Source: Lytechinus pictus (lineage: Eukaryota). From it: DNA of 64,000 nucleotides. Under the pieces are notes generated by a model. The model made no database searches. It was not told the DNA's origin and saw only the letters and a program-made list of their open reading frames with translations. Shown here piece after piece: positions 1 to 13,830 of this stretch. The position numbers were made by a program, and so were the translations under genes. Position 1 is the first letter of the stretch. The number at the start of each line of letters is the position of its first letter. Where the stretch lies: assembly GCF_037042905.1 (NCBI RefSeq), contig NC_087249.1, positions 28,644,001-28,708,000 on the forward strand, read 5' to 3'.

Positions 1-423
1 TAATACTACTTCTACTTATTTACAATGTAAATTGTAATATGGTTTGATGAAATCATACATTCAAAATACATGAAGCAGCAATAGGCTGAAACAAATTGAT
101 TTCCCAAAAGAGAGATATAAAGTAACATTTAAAATCAAAGGGGTAAAACACAACACACATATAAATGTTTATACATATAGAAGATAGTTAAATTACATTG
201 CCAGGGAGATATAAATAGAAATGCAGAGCTCTATCAAAAACGAATTCAACAGATATACATTGATTCTTGCCTGTCTGAAATGGGTTAAGAGGCCAACATA
301 CTTGCTGAACTGTACTTTATCACTCAAAGGGCACAGAAATTATGTCTACAAGTTAACCATCGCTTTTACAAGTAGATCACTGCAGTGGCCATGCATCATA
401 ATCATTCCGGGGCACATTATCAT

Positions 424-618
424 GGTGACACAACATTTGCTCCTGTGACAATTGCTCGGGGCTTAATTTCGTTTGAGATGTAAGGTTAGGGTTACACTAG
501 GGTTTTATGTTCGGTTTAGGAAGGGTGTAGTGTTAAACCCCGAGTTGAAGTTGGTCATTCAATTAGTGTGTGGAATTTAGAGCAGAGCAATTGTCGCCAG
601 AGAAAATGTCATTGAACC
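424..618. mobile_element. Short MITE with internal degenerate GGTTAG repeats
   Basis: Inverted ends acatttgctcctgtgacaattgctc (433-457) and gagcaattgtcgccagagaaaatgt (585-609); interior has ggttaggg-like motifs; no ORF. Confidence 0.6.
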
Positions 619-984
619 CATTATCATATCCTATTCTATTTAAAAATCTTCTCTTAAGAGGCTTGATAGAAATGGTGATTGTGCAATTAATCAATATACA
701 AGAAATATAAATCTGGAAATCACTGATTTATGAACAAGTTATCATGTTCATGAGCACGGTGCCTTAGCTACACAACGCCGCCTTCCCGCACAAATGCCGT
801 TAGCGCGCGGGAAAGCGACGCGCTAACGGCCTTTGGGCTGGAAGGCGACGAGTATTGTTGTACAGGTGCACATGCAAGTGTAATATTCTGGCATATAATC
901 AAAATCAATGGTGACATCTGATTGACAATGACTATATTTTGATTGACAGCAAATATTGTGTTGACTACTCTATAATATCCTCAC

Positions 985-1170
985 TATCACCATCATCATC
1001 CACGTTGTCAACCACCATCATCATCATCATCAGTACCATTTTTTTATTCATTAGCAATGGCTATCACCATTTATCAATACCAACAGTAGCATATCAAAAA
1101 ATAACTATCACCATCATCATCACCATCACCACTGCCATTATAATCATTACCATCATCATCAATTGATGCA
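985..1170. repeat. Degenerate (CAT/CAC)n microsatellite
   Basis: Runs of catcatcac; explains ORFs 939..1166 and 1094..1303. Confidence 0.85.
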
Positions 1171-3059
1171 TCACTATCAAATTAGCATAAAAGATCAATA
1201 ATTCTATAGTTTGTGTAATCATCCTATTACCATAATACTGACCATATCCTATCTTCCATTTAACCATTATTATTTGCATATCTGCTAAATAGCACACCTC
1301 CATAATGCATTTAAATTACCATATTAATTTAGTTGGAACTCTGTGAGCCTGAACTCAATGCTCAGCATATTCTAGGTACTGTACATTTCAGGATTTCATT
1401 CACTCAGTCAAATTGATCACATACACTGTAAATTACTTCAAATCGCTAACTTTAACTTATAAATAGTGAAATGTAACACAATTTTGATAGATTGGTACAT
1501 ATTGGGTGAAAAACTTAAAAGTTGAAAGTTCTTATTGTATGCCAATTTACATAGTTAAAATCTATTTCTTTCTTTCTCTATTCCAGATCTATATTCAGAA
1601 TGCACAGGAGTTTCCATATCTTTCTGCTGTAATATGCACCCGGTCATTTTCTTTAGGGCTATACGTCAAATTATCTATGGAATAATGCTCAAGAAAAATG
1701 ACATTCAATGTAAATTCCTGGGTTGAAACTCTGATCTGCATGTATTTCTAAAGTGCCTGCCCCCCCCCCAAAAAAAAAAATACATATATATACTAGTAAT
1801 GTATCTTGCTAGCTCCTGGATGACGGCATACAATAATATACACACACCTTGTCCTTCAGGCGCCAGCTTCAATCTGCAAATTATGAAGTAATCAAAAGTA
1901 TCCATTTCAATTAGTCAAATAGAGAGAATTTACTTTGATGGCATGCAGCCAACGGTATGAGACAGGCCCTCAAGTTTTATGATGCAATGATTGCATGCAA
2001 ACTTTCATTAGTGTGATAGCTTTTCAGGGGGACCTTGAGCTCATTTAAAAAAAATTTGCATCGCTTGTCAATTTATTTCATTTGAAAAATACAAAAAAAG
2101 TAAAATTACCTACATATATTTGCGAACAATTTTTTATGAAAATGAGCCTCTTTTGAAAGTGGCATAACAATACAGTACCGGGTGTACAAACACATGCTAA
2201 TTAAGCATCATTGCAGATTTGAAATATGAATTCAATGGAAATGTCTGAAGCCCAATTGTATCACGTGAAGAGATTGTTATACAAGGGCAAACTATTTAAA
2301 TTGTGATATAATCATTCTTGCAATAATCCTGGTCTTATTCAAACACGCTTCCCATTAAGCTTTCTACTATCAAAACGTTTTGCACTTATTCAGGTGAGCC
2401 TAATGATAAAATGCATTTTAGGTTATATAACCTGAATATTCCTAATTACCATTATATTTGCCATGATCATACAAAACTATCACCTTCATCATTATCATCA
2501 TTGCTGTCATTAATTAATTCATTAGCAATACCAATACAGATAAGACCATGATTAAAAAATTTTCATTGTATTGGGTAACATATTGATAAATGAAAATAAT
2601 TATCTTCTCTTTGTTGTCTTTAGAATTCTTATACTTTTCTAAATATCACTAAAAGAGAAATGCATTATTTAAATTAGGATATCCCTCTCAAGCATTATTA
2701 GAATTATTCAGAAATTAAATCGTTGAAATCACATTTTGTATTGATCAATAATGATCAATACGAAGAAAAAAAATACTGCAAGTCAATGAATCTGTCAACA
2801 GGAAACTGACCATTTCATGTTCAACTGAGTAAGATCAATTCAACTATCTACTGGCCAGCTGTTTGAAATGTATTTAAAATCATGCAAAAATTTAATACAT
2901 TAATACAGATACATATATATATGTACATGTATAAAATTCTGTATGAGTTTGGATGATCAGTTTTTTTGTTTTTTTTTCAAATTGAACTTATATTATATAA
3001 TATTTTCAAAATTTTTGTTTGTTTGGGGAGAATAACCATTAGACTCTAGAGACTTTTAC

Positions 3060-4385
3060 TAGTCATGTCGGAATTTTTTGGTTACAGAATCCACCGGTGT
3101 TGCGCCGGTTGGACAAAGAAGTCACAGATTATACAACATTGATTTTATTTTTAAACAAACATTCATAAAAAAACGAGAAAAATATTATGAGAAGAACTTG
3201 CCAATGTTTACGTGGCCATCATGTTCTCTTTGTTAGTAGCTAACCTACGAGATGCATATAGGGTGCGTTTATCAGCCACTTTTTTACACTAGAATCATGA
3301 TCTGAATCATGATTCAAATCACGATTCTGCAGAATCACGATTGCGTTTAGTCGAAATTGAATATAATCATGATTAGAATCACAAACATGAAACACGAAAA
3401 AAGGGGCGTTTGGAAAGACGTTTCTGCAGAATCAAGTACGAAAATGTTCGAATAAACGATATCGTGATTACAATCATGATTCTATGACCTCAGTGTTGTG
3501 TCGGGCTACTTTCGTTTTGACTCTTGCCAAGCTCAAGGCGCTCTATATGCTCATTGATTATGTACTATGCATGCATTTCTTGTCATGTTCAAGTTCTGTG
3601 TTGGTCATCGCATCGTCCACTACCTTTCATTTTTTGGTCATGTCTTCAACTTCAAGTTCTAGTAAATGAATTAACTGGACAGACAATGATCTCAGTTGTT
3701 GTTGAGTATACAGTATCAATATTAAATTGGATCTACGCTGAAATTCACTTCCGAACACCATTTTGGATAAACTAACAAGATGAATAGAAGCATATGGACC
3801 CTATATGATAGAAGTAAACAAAATGAGGTATAGACTGAATTCTGGAAGCAAAAGATTTTTCGAGTGCCGAAACACGTGCGAAAAACTTCCTCTTGTCAAA
3901 CTGCGCACTAGTGATGCGCACTGGATTGGCCCGAATCTGAGGAGAAACAGCATTGGAATGAAGGTCGTCTAAATGCTGATTCTGTGATATTGTGATTCAT
4001 GTTTGTGTTTTGAATCATGATTCAAATCATGATTCAAATCACGATTCTGGCTTGAGGTCGCATAAACGCAGCCATAGAGTCTGCCGCCCTGCCTGGTAGC
4101 TTAGCTACTGACAAAGGGAACAAGATGGCCATGTTAACATCAGCAAGTTTTTTCCCACGTCTTCTCATAATATTTTTTCTCTGGTCATGTAATGAAACAA
4201 AGAAACCTGGGCTATGATTGACGAGACTGAATAAACATACTCGATAAATATATTAGGATATTCAGAAGAAAATGTTAAACTATGTATTATATTGTTTTAT
4301 CAGAATACCGGAACAGACAAAACAAAACAGGAACCCACACACATTGGACGGATTCCGGTATTGCATCCGTTCCGACCCAGGCCTA
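3060..4385. mobile_element. Degenerate hAT-like fold-back MITE hosting a nested insertion
   Basis: Internal inverted arms ~3178-3250 and ~4094-4181 (gagaaaaatattatgagaag...tggccatc / gatggcca...cttctcataatattttttctc); degenerate ends tagtcatgtcggaa / ttccgacccaggccta. Confidence 0.55.
3261..4073. mobile_element. PIF/Harbinger-like MITE
   Basis: Terminal inverted repeats (TIRs) gggtgcgtttat / ataaacgcagcc; 3-bp ATA on both flanks; subterminal gaatcatgattc repeats at both ends. Confidence 0.7.
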
Positions 4386-4940
4386 CATTAGACATAGTTA
4401 AATTAGCAGGTGCTTCCCCTCATATTTTCACTAAAATATGAAATATTAAATTATAAATTTCAATCTACAGATTACACAGGTTTGGGTTTCACTCATTCAA
4501 TGTTTAAGACAAAAAAAATAATCAAGAATTTACAGTTATCTAGTATGAAAAGGATTACATAGTACTTCATTAAGGATTCATATAGCACATACAGTCAAGA
4601 GCTTGATGGAAACAGACAAGCATTGATAATTTTCTCTCTTGGCAGATATAATATGGTTAACATTCAGAGTGTGTGATAATGGCTGAATCAATCTCCTTAT
4701 CCAGGGGTGGTATTCTAAGATATAGTCAATTATCATGAGCTTTGCATACAAAAACTATATCATTTGAGCTGATAAATCATCCTGAATTCAACAAAGTCTT
4801 ACATGCGTGTAATGATTATACAGTTGTTATGCTAAACACAAACCATACACAACAGTTAATTTAGTCTCTAGTGTGTATAATGTGTGTGTTTATGGGGAAT
4901 TGATAAGATAAGCCAAAATATTAAACATGCTTTTTATTTT

Positions 4941-5880
4941 AACAAGTGGAATGCCTCTGGCGGTCTCACCTGCATCACGCTATTCAATATAGCAGCAGTG
5001 CTGACTTTGAAAACTACTGTAACTCGCACAAGATGTTCAGTGATACTTGGTTACTCTTATGTCCACGTTTTATGAACTAGACCAATACACTTACAGAGAT
5101 ATGATGGTAATTCAACAAATACCCCCAACATGGCCAAAGTTCATTGACCTTACATGACCTTTGACCTTGAACATGTGACCTAAACTCGCACAGGATGTTC
5201 AGTGATACTTGATTACTCTTCTGTCCAAGTTTCATGAGTCAGATCCATAAACTTTCAAAGTTATGATGGTAATTCAACAGATACCCCCATAATGGCCAAA
5301 GTTCATTGACCTTTGACCTTGGTCATGTGACCTGAAATGCGCACAGGATGTTCAGTGATACTTGATTACTCTTATGTCCAAGTTTTATGAACTAGACCAA
5401 TATACTTTCAAAGTTATGATGGTAATTCAACAAATACCCCCAATTTGGCCAAAGTTCATTGACCCTAAATGACCTTTGACCTTAATCATGTGACCTGAAA
5501 CTTGCACAGGATGTTCAGTGATACTTGATTACTATTATGTCCAAGTTTCATGAATCAGATCCATAAACTTTAAAAGTTATGATGGTAATTCAAAAGTTTA
5601 ACCTTAGGTTAAGATTTCGATGTTGATTCCCCCAACATGGTCTAAGTTCATTGACCCTAAATGACCTTTGACCTTGGTCATGTGACATGAAACTCAAGCA
5701 GGTTGTTAAGTAATACTCGATTAACCTTATGGACAAGTTTCATGAAATAGGTCCATATACTTTTTAGGTTATGCTGTCATTTCAAAAACTTAACCTTTGG
5801 TTAAGATTTGGTGTTGACGCCGCCGCCGCCGTCATCGGAAAAGCGGCGCCTATCGTCTCACTCTGCTATGCAGGTGAGAC
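4941..5880 (-). mobile_element. Helentron-associated (HINE/DINE-1-like) non-autonomous element, family A, with internal tandem array
   Basis: Subterminal inverted repeats gtctcacctgcat (4963-4975) / atgcaggtgagac (5868-5880); terminal stem-loop; (CGC)n microsatellite; ~5 units of 153-192 bp rich in tgacctt; A/T-run flanks. Confidence 0.75.
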
Positions 5881-7504
5881 AAAAATCTGATGAAATGAAT
5901 CTATCATGATTTACATTATTTCTTATTACATATAAAGACAAAAGGACAAATCCTAAGTTGACAGTTACAATATCAAACAAATTAAAAGATGTTTCTTGCA
6001 CCAGTGAATTCTGTTAATTGGAAAAAAATATCAGCAAACCTTTAAAATCGTTAATGATAATTTTTCAATACAGATTAACCTCTTCAAGGAGATATTTATA
6101 TTTTTCGTCATCCAAAGGAAGAGCTAGATTTTTTTTTTAAAGAAACAAGATCCTGGAACCGCCCATCTCATCCCCCCCCCCCCCCACCTCATTTGAAAAT
6201 AATGGACAGGGTTCAAGTATTCATGATTTAATAACTGTTGGCCTCCTCTCAAGGAAAGTTTATGGGAGGCCCTGCATTATAAGGATTACCAGGCAATTTA
6301 TAATGAGATGGGGAAAACATGTTGTACTGGTGTATCCTCCTCATTTCAATATGTTGAACTGAAGGAAACCAGAATTATTTCATTATAAAAAGGTAGATCT
6401 TCTCGCTTGGGAACATGATACAAACATTCATGACGTTTACTAATAAAAACGTCAACAGATCAATATAGATCAATACATTCAAAACTGCTCTTTAATTTCG
6501 TTTTCATTAATGCATCCATTGCCCCATGTTTGCCGTCTGAATTGATGGTGAAATTGATGTTGAAATTGCTTTACATTCTATTAATTCATCTCTCAGTCCT
6601 TGCACTGAATAGTTTAATAAGCAAAGAATCATTACTCCTTTCCAGACAATGATTTTGCTACTGCAGAGACCTGTAAACTCTGATATCACCATTGCAGAGA
6701 AATCTATAAACCATAATGTAATGGAAACATTAAAGAGAATAAACTATAAATGGTAAAAGAGGTGAGTTGGGAGAGGGAGAATAAAATCAATTTTAGTGGT
6801 GCCACAATTCCTTTCAAATATTTGATTATCTCAGGCAAAGCCTTCTGGGCAACATGCGTTGAATTTGCATTTCTCCTCTGGCTTGTCTTGAACGTCACGA
6901 TGCTTGCACAAACATGCCTCTATCTCTATTTGTTCTTTCTTTCTCTTCACAAAATTGTATTTAATTGAAATTTCACTTCTGCCCTCTATACATTTTGGGA
7001 ACATCAAACTGTTTTTTCTTCTTTTTCATTTAGACATAAACCTACTCGGCAATGCCCCCCCCCCCAAAAAAAAAAAAAAAATTGATTCAAAATTAATTAA
7101 TTCATCACAAAACTGCATCGTTTGTACGACCAATATTTCAAATAAATAATTACAAAAATTATCATTTACTGCAAACAACCCAGTATGGAATAAACAAAAT
7201 GTACTAAAAATTGATGCAGGATTATATCAGATAGAAAAAAAACTTAGCACTCACTACGAAGCATGGAGATGCAATGGTATTTCTTCTTTTTCAATGATCT
7301 TGGCAGTAGGACTAATTAAATTAAAAGACATCGATCAACCAAAATCCAATTAAAATTTCAATGCATACAGAATGCTGCAAATACAACAAAATAATACATT
7401 GTATTTTCCGTAATTATAATTGACCTAATTTGGCCACTATTTGCTCTCCTCCCTTTATCTCTCACTCTGTATTAAAAACCTGCCAGTCAACATCTTTCCC
7501 CCCT

Positions 7505-7696
7505 CGAAGCAAATCCAAGATTTTCCAGAAGAGAGGGGGCATTTTATTCCAGAAATTTGTTGGCAAGCCCCCCCCCCCCCAAAAAAAAGGTCTTCACTTG
7601 CGTATACACGATATTTAACACTAAGGAAATATCTTTATGGCTCTCATGGGGGGGGGGCACGGGTGTGGGAGTGCCACCCCCTTGATCCGCCACTGC
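7505..7696. mobile_element. hAT-like MITE remnant with poly-G/C tracts
   Basis: Right end cttgatccgccactg; internal poly-C and poly-G runs shared with similar elements at 31030, 45805 and 63333. Confidence 0.5.
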
Positions 7697-10629
7697 CCTC
7701 CCAGCACCCCCCTTTCTCTCTCCTTACACCTCATCTCATTTCATATTAGTGTACCATTCTACACTCTTGATTTGATCTCTCTCTGGTCTATATCATCCAT
7801 TTTTTTTCCACTCGATCTCAACTATCTACGCCTATGCCTGCCCATGGTAGCTTATTGCATCCTGATAATGTCCAATCCACTCTATCTGGTGGCGCAAGAA
7901 CCGGCCAAAGCACATGCTGTGTATTCACCTGCCTTAATTGAAGGAAAACCTCTCAGAAAATTCGGTCAGCCTCGGCGCATTCTACAAGGTTACCACCTCG
8001 CTGGCAAAACATGAATGTTCCTCGGCCCCGCTCTTTTCCATCTCAATTTGTGTCACACTTGCAATATTTGAATTTGCTGTCTGACACGGACAGCAAAGGG
8101 TTCCGTTTTCCAATAAAAAAAAAGAAGACGAAAGCGCTAATTTGGTAAGGAGGAGACAAGGAGAGGAATCAGGGTGTGGGTATGCACTTTTAGAGAGCCA
8201 TCAACCAGTAATAATAATATCTGCTCCGTATAATTTCATTTTAGATTTGGTATTAAAGGATGACATAAGAGAGCAACGTTAAGGCTATTTTTGTATAAAA
8301 AATAAACCAGTTGACTTTTTTATTTCAGTTACCACTGTAATAAAATTTTGAATTTCCCTCACGTGATGTTCATTACTCGCTTACATGTTTTGTTGGAAAA
8401 TGATTTTTAATCTTTCAAATATTAATAAAAGTTCCTGAAACATACTTTCTACATACATGTGATTTATTGATGTGTACTGATGCACAGAAAGAAGCAGATA
8501 TGGGCTTTGCAACTTTGCAGTAATTATTCATCCATTTTGGACAGTTAGGTTAACTTGAAAACATTCATAATTTTCACATTCTTTGATTTAATTCAAATGT
8601 GTACAAGTCTGCTTTATTGATGATATTGGGACGATCATTCTCAATACCATAGTGATTAAATAACTTCATAATGAGACATAGAACAGGCTATTAATTGTAT
8701 TTCATTTATTTTGTAAATAATTCAATGTCTACAGGGCTCTTTTGTAAAGCAGGCCTTTGGGCACTGAAAGGACTACCCCATTTTTAAATAAACGTGAATG
8801 AATGAATGATTAAAAAACAGACCTGATAAACTTCTATTCAATTGTATCTATACATGTAGGTATACTTTGTTAGAGTGCAAAAGTTGAAATTTCTTACAAT
8901 TGTATTAAAAAAGTCAGTAACTCACTATGCAAGGTTAACAACTTATATGCATATCAATTACTGAAGACTTAAACTACGACAAAATCATATACTCCCAACA
9001 GAATTCTAAGTAAAATTACATTATAATTTAAGTTTAGCTCAAATTGTACTGTACATACTCCAATCATTACTTATTCCCACCAGCTCTCAAATATTATCAA
9101 ATCAATTAATCAATACACTAATAGACCATTCCACATTGAAAATAAATTAAGTTCTTGATGTGCGCATGTTGAATTTCATCACAAACAGTAGATGTTATAA
9201 TACTGATATTGCAATAAAATTTCATGAGCTTTGCGTGACTTGCAATGTAATCTACATACAAAATAGATTTACATAGAGATTACAACAATATTTGTAATGC
9301 TTTACGTGGGATATGAACACCTGGTACGTACATGATCCTCATTCAAACCAACAACCCACGGAAAAAGAACACCCGAGTACGTACAGGGCAAAATAGGATA
9401 TGGTATTTGCAGAAAACACAATTTTTTTGAGAGAGAATGTCGAGTCACACATTTTACCCCCCAATGCAATTATTGATATGCGATCCCGTGTTTATACATC
9501 ATCCGTCATCTAATATTGGATTGAACTCTCTCTGATATAAGAATGGAGCGCATGGTAGTGACGTCATAAGTGCCTACATAAACACAACTCATTGCCAAAG
9601 TAATGCAATGACGGACACTCGCCTTTCCCCTGTTTCAACCTTGTATCTCTTGTCTTTTCTCATTTGATGTTCATTTATTTACCATTTGCCTTGCTAATGT
9701 ATACACATTCTTTAACATTATGCAGGTATCTTCTTCATTTTTATTCAATCCATTGCAGTTGATAAGGTGCTGCTAGTCTAAGGTTGAATATGATATGATA
9801 AATCATTATATTTCACCAAAACATGTACTCAAAATTCTGGATTTTGATCTTATCTTTGTAAGTGCATGGACCTACTAGAAAAGTGTAAGGTAGGCCTACA
9901 CTTCTCATACAACGTCTTCACTAGAAAGTGTCCCTCATATATTCTTGATAACAACACAGATACATGTATATTGTAAAAATAATCTCAATAGATTATCTTC
10001 ATTCTTAATTTCCAAAAAAATCAATTTATATTTTTTTATTGTTCAGAAAGTAAGTGATTATGTGTGAATCCCCCCTCATTTTTCTTTCACAGGTAGCTTT
10101 ATTTATTTATTTAAGCTTTATGCATTATTTTTTGGATTTGGAGCAAAGTAGGCCTATTACTCAGTGGCTAAGTCTATTAAAAGAGGTTTTTTTAAAGCCC
10201 CTGGAGAGAAGTTCAGATTAAAAAAACAAAAAACCCTATCTTGTATTCATAAAGCTAAAGTAATCCAATAACCTACATTTTTATTTGATCTGTTAGCATT
10301 TGTTAGCATTTGTTAATGGGTTCCTATGGCAACAGCTTTGTTTGTGTATTCTTTACATATATTTGTTCAAGTCTCAGGTGATTATAACAGGTATTTATAC
10401 TACATATTGTCTATTTTGGGGCTTCTCCTAAAAATGTAAAATAATAAAGTTTTTTCTTTATCATATTCATGAAAAAAGACACCTCTAAAGTCTCATTTAA
10501 AAAAGAAGTGAGATGAACTCTAATTGCTTCACATATATACTATCCCTTTGCAAGATTGCAATTTAAAGAGAGTAGAATTTTGCAATGAATGCTAACAAGA
10601 TAAGTGTATGAATGAGGCTGTATTTCTTA

Positions 10630-11045
10630 AGGCGACCGCACACCTTACGACTGGTCTGCGACCCGATTTTGGAACAAATCGCATTTTGCTCATTTTCTGA
10701 AGATGTGAATGGAACATATCATTTTATTTGAGGTTAAAATTAATTGAAATAATAATATTATAACAATTTTGAAAGATTGCAAGTCCTTATTTTGGTGTAA
10801 AGTCCAAATTAGTTTCAAATCGTAGCCAATCGTACGACTGCTATGACGTCATTACGACTAGATATTAAATTTGCTTTTATTCTAAGAAGGATGATAGCAT
10901 AGTCACGAATTTGATCATAGGTATTCGTACGATGATTTAGAACATTACACAATAAGATATTCCAAGTCTCAATATTAGCATCAAATTCTATTACATTTTA
11001 TTCTGAAATCGGGTCACTGACCAGTCATAAGGTGTGCGGTCGCCT
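10630..11045. mobile_element. PIF/Harbinger MITE
   Basis: ~27-bp TIRs aggcgaccgcacaccttacgactggtc / gaccagtcataaggtgtgcggtcgcct; TTA target-site duplication (TSD) at 10627-10629 and 11046-11048. Confidence 0.85.
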
Positions 11046-11957
11046 TTAAGGAGTACATAAAAACATCTCAATAGGATAATCATGATATAATGGAAAGTAA
11101 ATCTCAAGCCCAGAATTAATGCTCCAATAAGCAACATCTTGATAACCTGTCAAATCATATCCTCTACTTGAAATAACTATGTTAAAAAACCATTTCCATT
11201 TATGAATAATATATCGTAATTACATTGAGAACAGGCCTTAAGGACAGAACAGAGAATCATGGTGGTTACTAAGTCATTTTGTAACAACCAAAGTATTCAG
11301 CAGTTTTCACTCAACTATGCAAATAAAGTTTTAGAATGAAGAATGACATAAAGTCACATGACAAATGATATTTAAGATCTTCCTAAAAATAAGAAAAAAA
11401 TACATCTCTGAGGATTGACTTTATAAAATAACTCCATTCAAATGAACAGAGTAAAATTGTGTATTTTGTACTAATTTTTGAGTGATCTTGGGAATGTTTC
11501 TTTCTTATATCACTCCAAACTGAGTGAAAATACATATATTCTAAATTCACATTTACTTTAGATATTTTTTTTAATAAATTCACTCCTGAGAAGAATGAAT
11601 ATTTTCACTCATATTTTTGTATTTATTTCTTCATTATTTAAAATGTAAAATGTATCTTTATATTTTCATTTTTCTTGTTTTATTGCGGGGAGGAGTCTTT
11701 GGTTTAATTGAAGAGCGATGGATACCATAATGATGTGGTACGTCATCTATCATCTAGCACAGTACTACAATTCCAAGTTCTTGCAGTTTCGTCAAAGATT
11801 AAGATTAGGAATGAGCCATAGCATCTTCTATCATGAGACTATTTTTACTCTTGGCCCTCCAATCCTCATTATTGCTGAGCAAAAACTATCTATTACCCCC
11901 ACTTCTGAGAAAAAACTACCAACTACAATTTAAGGGTAAATTTGAAAACTAATCATA

Positions 11958-12960
11958 TACCCTTTTTACACAGGCTAAAATTTCCTTAACCCCGTACTAT
12001 AGGTGGGGCTAAATGGCAATTTAGCCCCACCTATAGTACGGGGTTAAGCTTAGCCCACTTTCTTTTTACACAGCATTTTTGCAAAGTGGGCTAACCCCAC
12101 CTTTAGTACGGGATTATTTGGCCCTGCAAAAAAGCAGGGTTATCCCAGCAATTGCGGTGCTAAGAGCGATAGTACGGGGTTAAGATCGCTAGTGTAAAAC
12201 GAAAGTGGGCTAAGCTTAACCCCGTACTATATAGTACGGGGTTAAGGAAATTTTAGCGTGTGTAAAAAGGTACGAGTAGGTGGTTTCAAACCGCCTCGAT
12301 CACAAGAATCCCCGTTAAATTACGAGAACTTTTTTAGGCTGAAAAATACCCATTAATTATTCCTGCATTCACACCGCCCTGAAACATACCCTTCGGGATA
12401 AGTTCCTGAAGTTACGAGCATGCGCAGTATGGTCTGATAAGCAGCAAGGCGCGAAATTCAAAATCACTAGCCCAGCAGCAACCCATGCACGGCGCCGCAC
12501 CCAACGACACGCTGGGCTAAAAGTTCCCGTAATTTGCTTTCAGACCGCCAAAATACCCACGACCTTGGAAAAATCCCCGCGAAAGTTCTCGTAATTTCGC
12601 CAAGTACCTACTATTTATCGGGTATTTTCTTTCGGGGATATTACGCGTAGTTTGCTTTCAGACCGCCAAAATACCTGGTATTTTCTGATCGGGGTAAATT
12701 TCCCGATCAGAGAATACCTGGAACTGGCGAACTTCGAGGCGGTCTGAAACCACCTACTGAAGTACTTGTACTACGAATGATCGACAAAAACCACTAGTCC
12801 GGGGTTAGCGAGTTTCGTGTGTGAAAAGCAAGCATTCCTTATCCGGGGTTAGCGATAACAATTTGGCATGTGTGAAAAGGAAAAAAAAATAGTACGGGGT
12901 TAAGGATAGTACGGGGTTAGCGATAGTCCGGGGTTAAGAAAATCCTGTGTAAAAAGGGTA
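11958..12960. mobile_element. Harbinger-like MITE built from tagtacggggttaag repeats
   Basis: TIRs taccctttttacacagg / cctgtgtaaaaagggta; many direct and inverted copies of a ~15-bp motif. Confidence 0.75.
12277..12756. mobile_element. Nested MITE (taggtggtttca family), copy 1
   Basis: TIRs taggtggtttcaaaccgcctcga / tcgaggcggtctgaaaccaccta; second copy at 17001-17410. Confidence 0.8.
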
Positions 12961-13554
12961 ATTTAGAGCAAAGTAGACGCCTTCCTCTCTTTCTCTTGTC
13001 TCGCTCCTTGGAAGATAAGGTGCCGATTGTAACGTTATCAAGGGTACATCGTGAGCCCGCTATCTTGAGAACATATTTATTTTTCTTCCCCTTGTATGCT
13101 GTAATCCTTGTAATGGACAATGTGTAAACAATTTAAGAGAAGAAGAGGCTGCCGAGCTACGGCTTCATTCCCACAAAACGATCATTATATAAACCATCAC
13201 AAACTACTGCTAAAATTTTGAGGTCTCATTACAAATGTATAAACTGTTTACCTCTTTTTTTTAAATTCAAGTCTAAATCTGTTTGGATGATATACAAGAA
13301 ATGTTATAAGGTTTGAAGAACAAAATAAAGATTCTTGTCTGCTTTATCCTGTTTCCTCTCATTTCCTTCTTTACAGGTAGCAAGACAAATATAAATCATA
13401 CATTCAAGCCTACATTTTAGCATATGACCTATTTCATTGTGTATTGTTTATCATGCAATTTCATATGCACTTATATTTCCAATAATACTGCATTTATTAC
13501 TAATACTAAAAATATAAATGCATATGAATTTCCGCATGTGTAGTATGTGTGCAT

Positions 13555-13830
13555 GTGGTATCATCACCTTCATCATCATCATTATCATTATCACTAATGT
13601 TATCACAATCACTGCCATCGCCATCATCAAAATCACAATAATCATTGTCTTCATCATCATCGTCATCGCTGTCATCACCATCGCAGCCGTTGTCATCGTT
13701 ATCACCAAAAACATCAATGTCATTCCCATCATCTTCATTATCATTACTACCATAACCATCAACATCAATCACATCATCACTATCATCATCGTCACCATAA
13801 TCAATCATACAGTTATTCATCATCACAAAT
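13555..13830. repeat. Degenerate (CAT)n microsatellite
   Basis: Gives the poly-D, poly-M and poly-I ORFs at 13451-13868. Confidence 0.9.

Noticed and set aside
1848-1873. Possible 26-nt minus-strand micro-exon (ttgcag|...|gtgtgt)
   Set aside because: Not frame-preserving, weak pyrimidine tract, no similarity to Unc13 C2A.
7637-8014. 125-aa ORF
   Set aside because: Begins in a poly-G MITE remnant; no recognisable domain or splice support.
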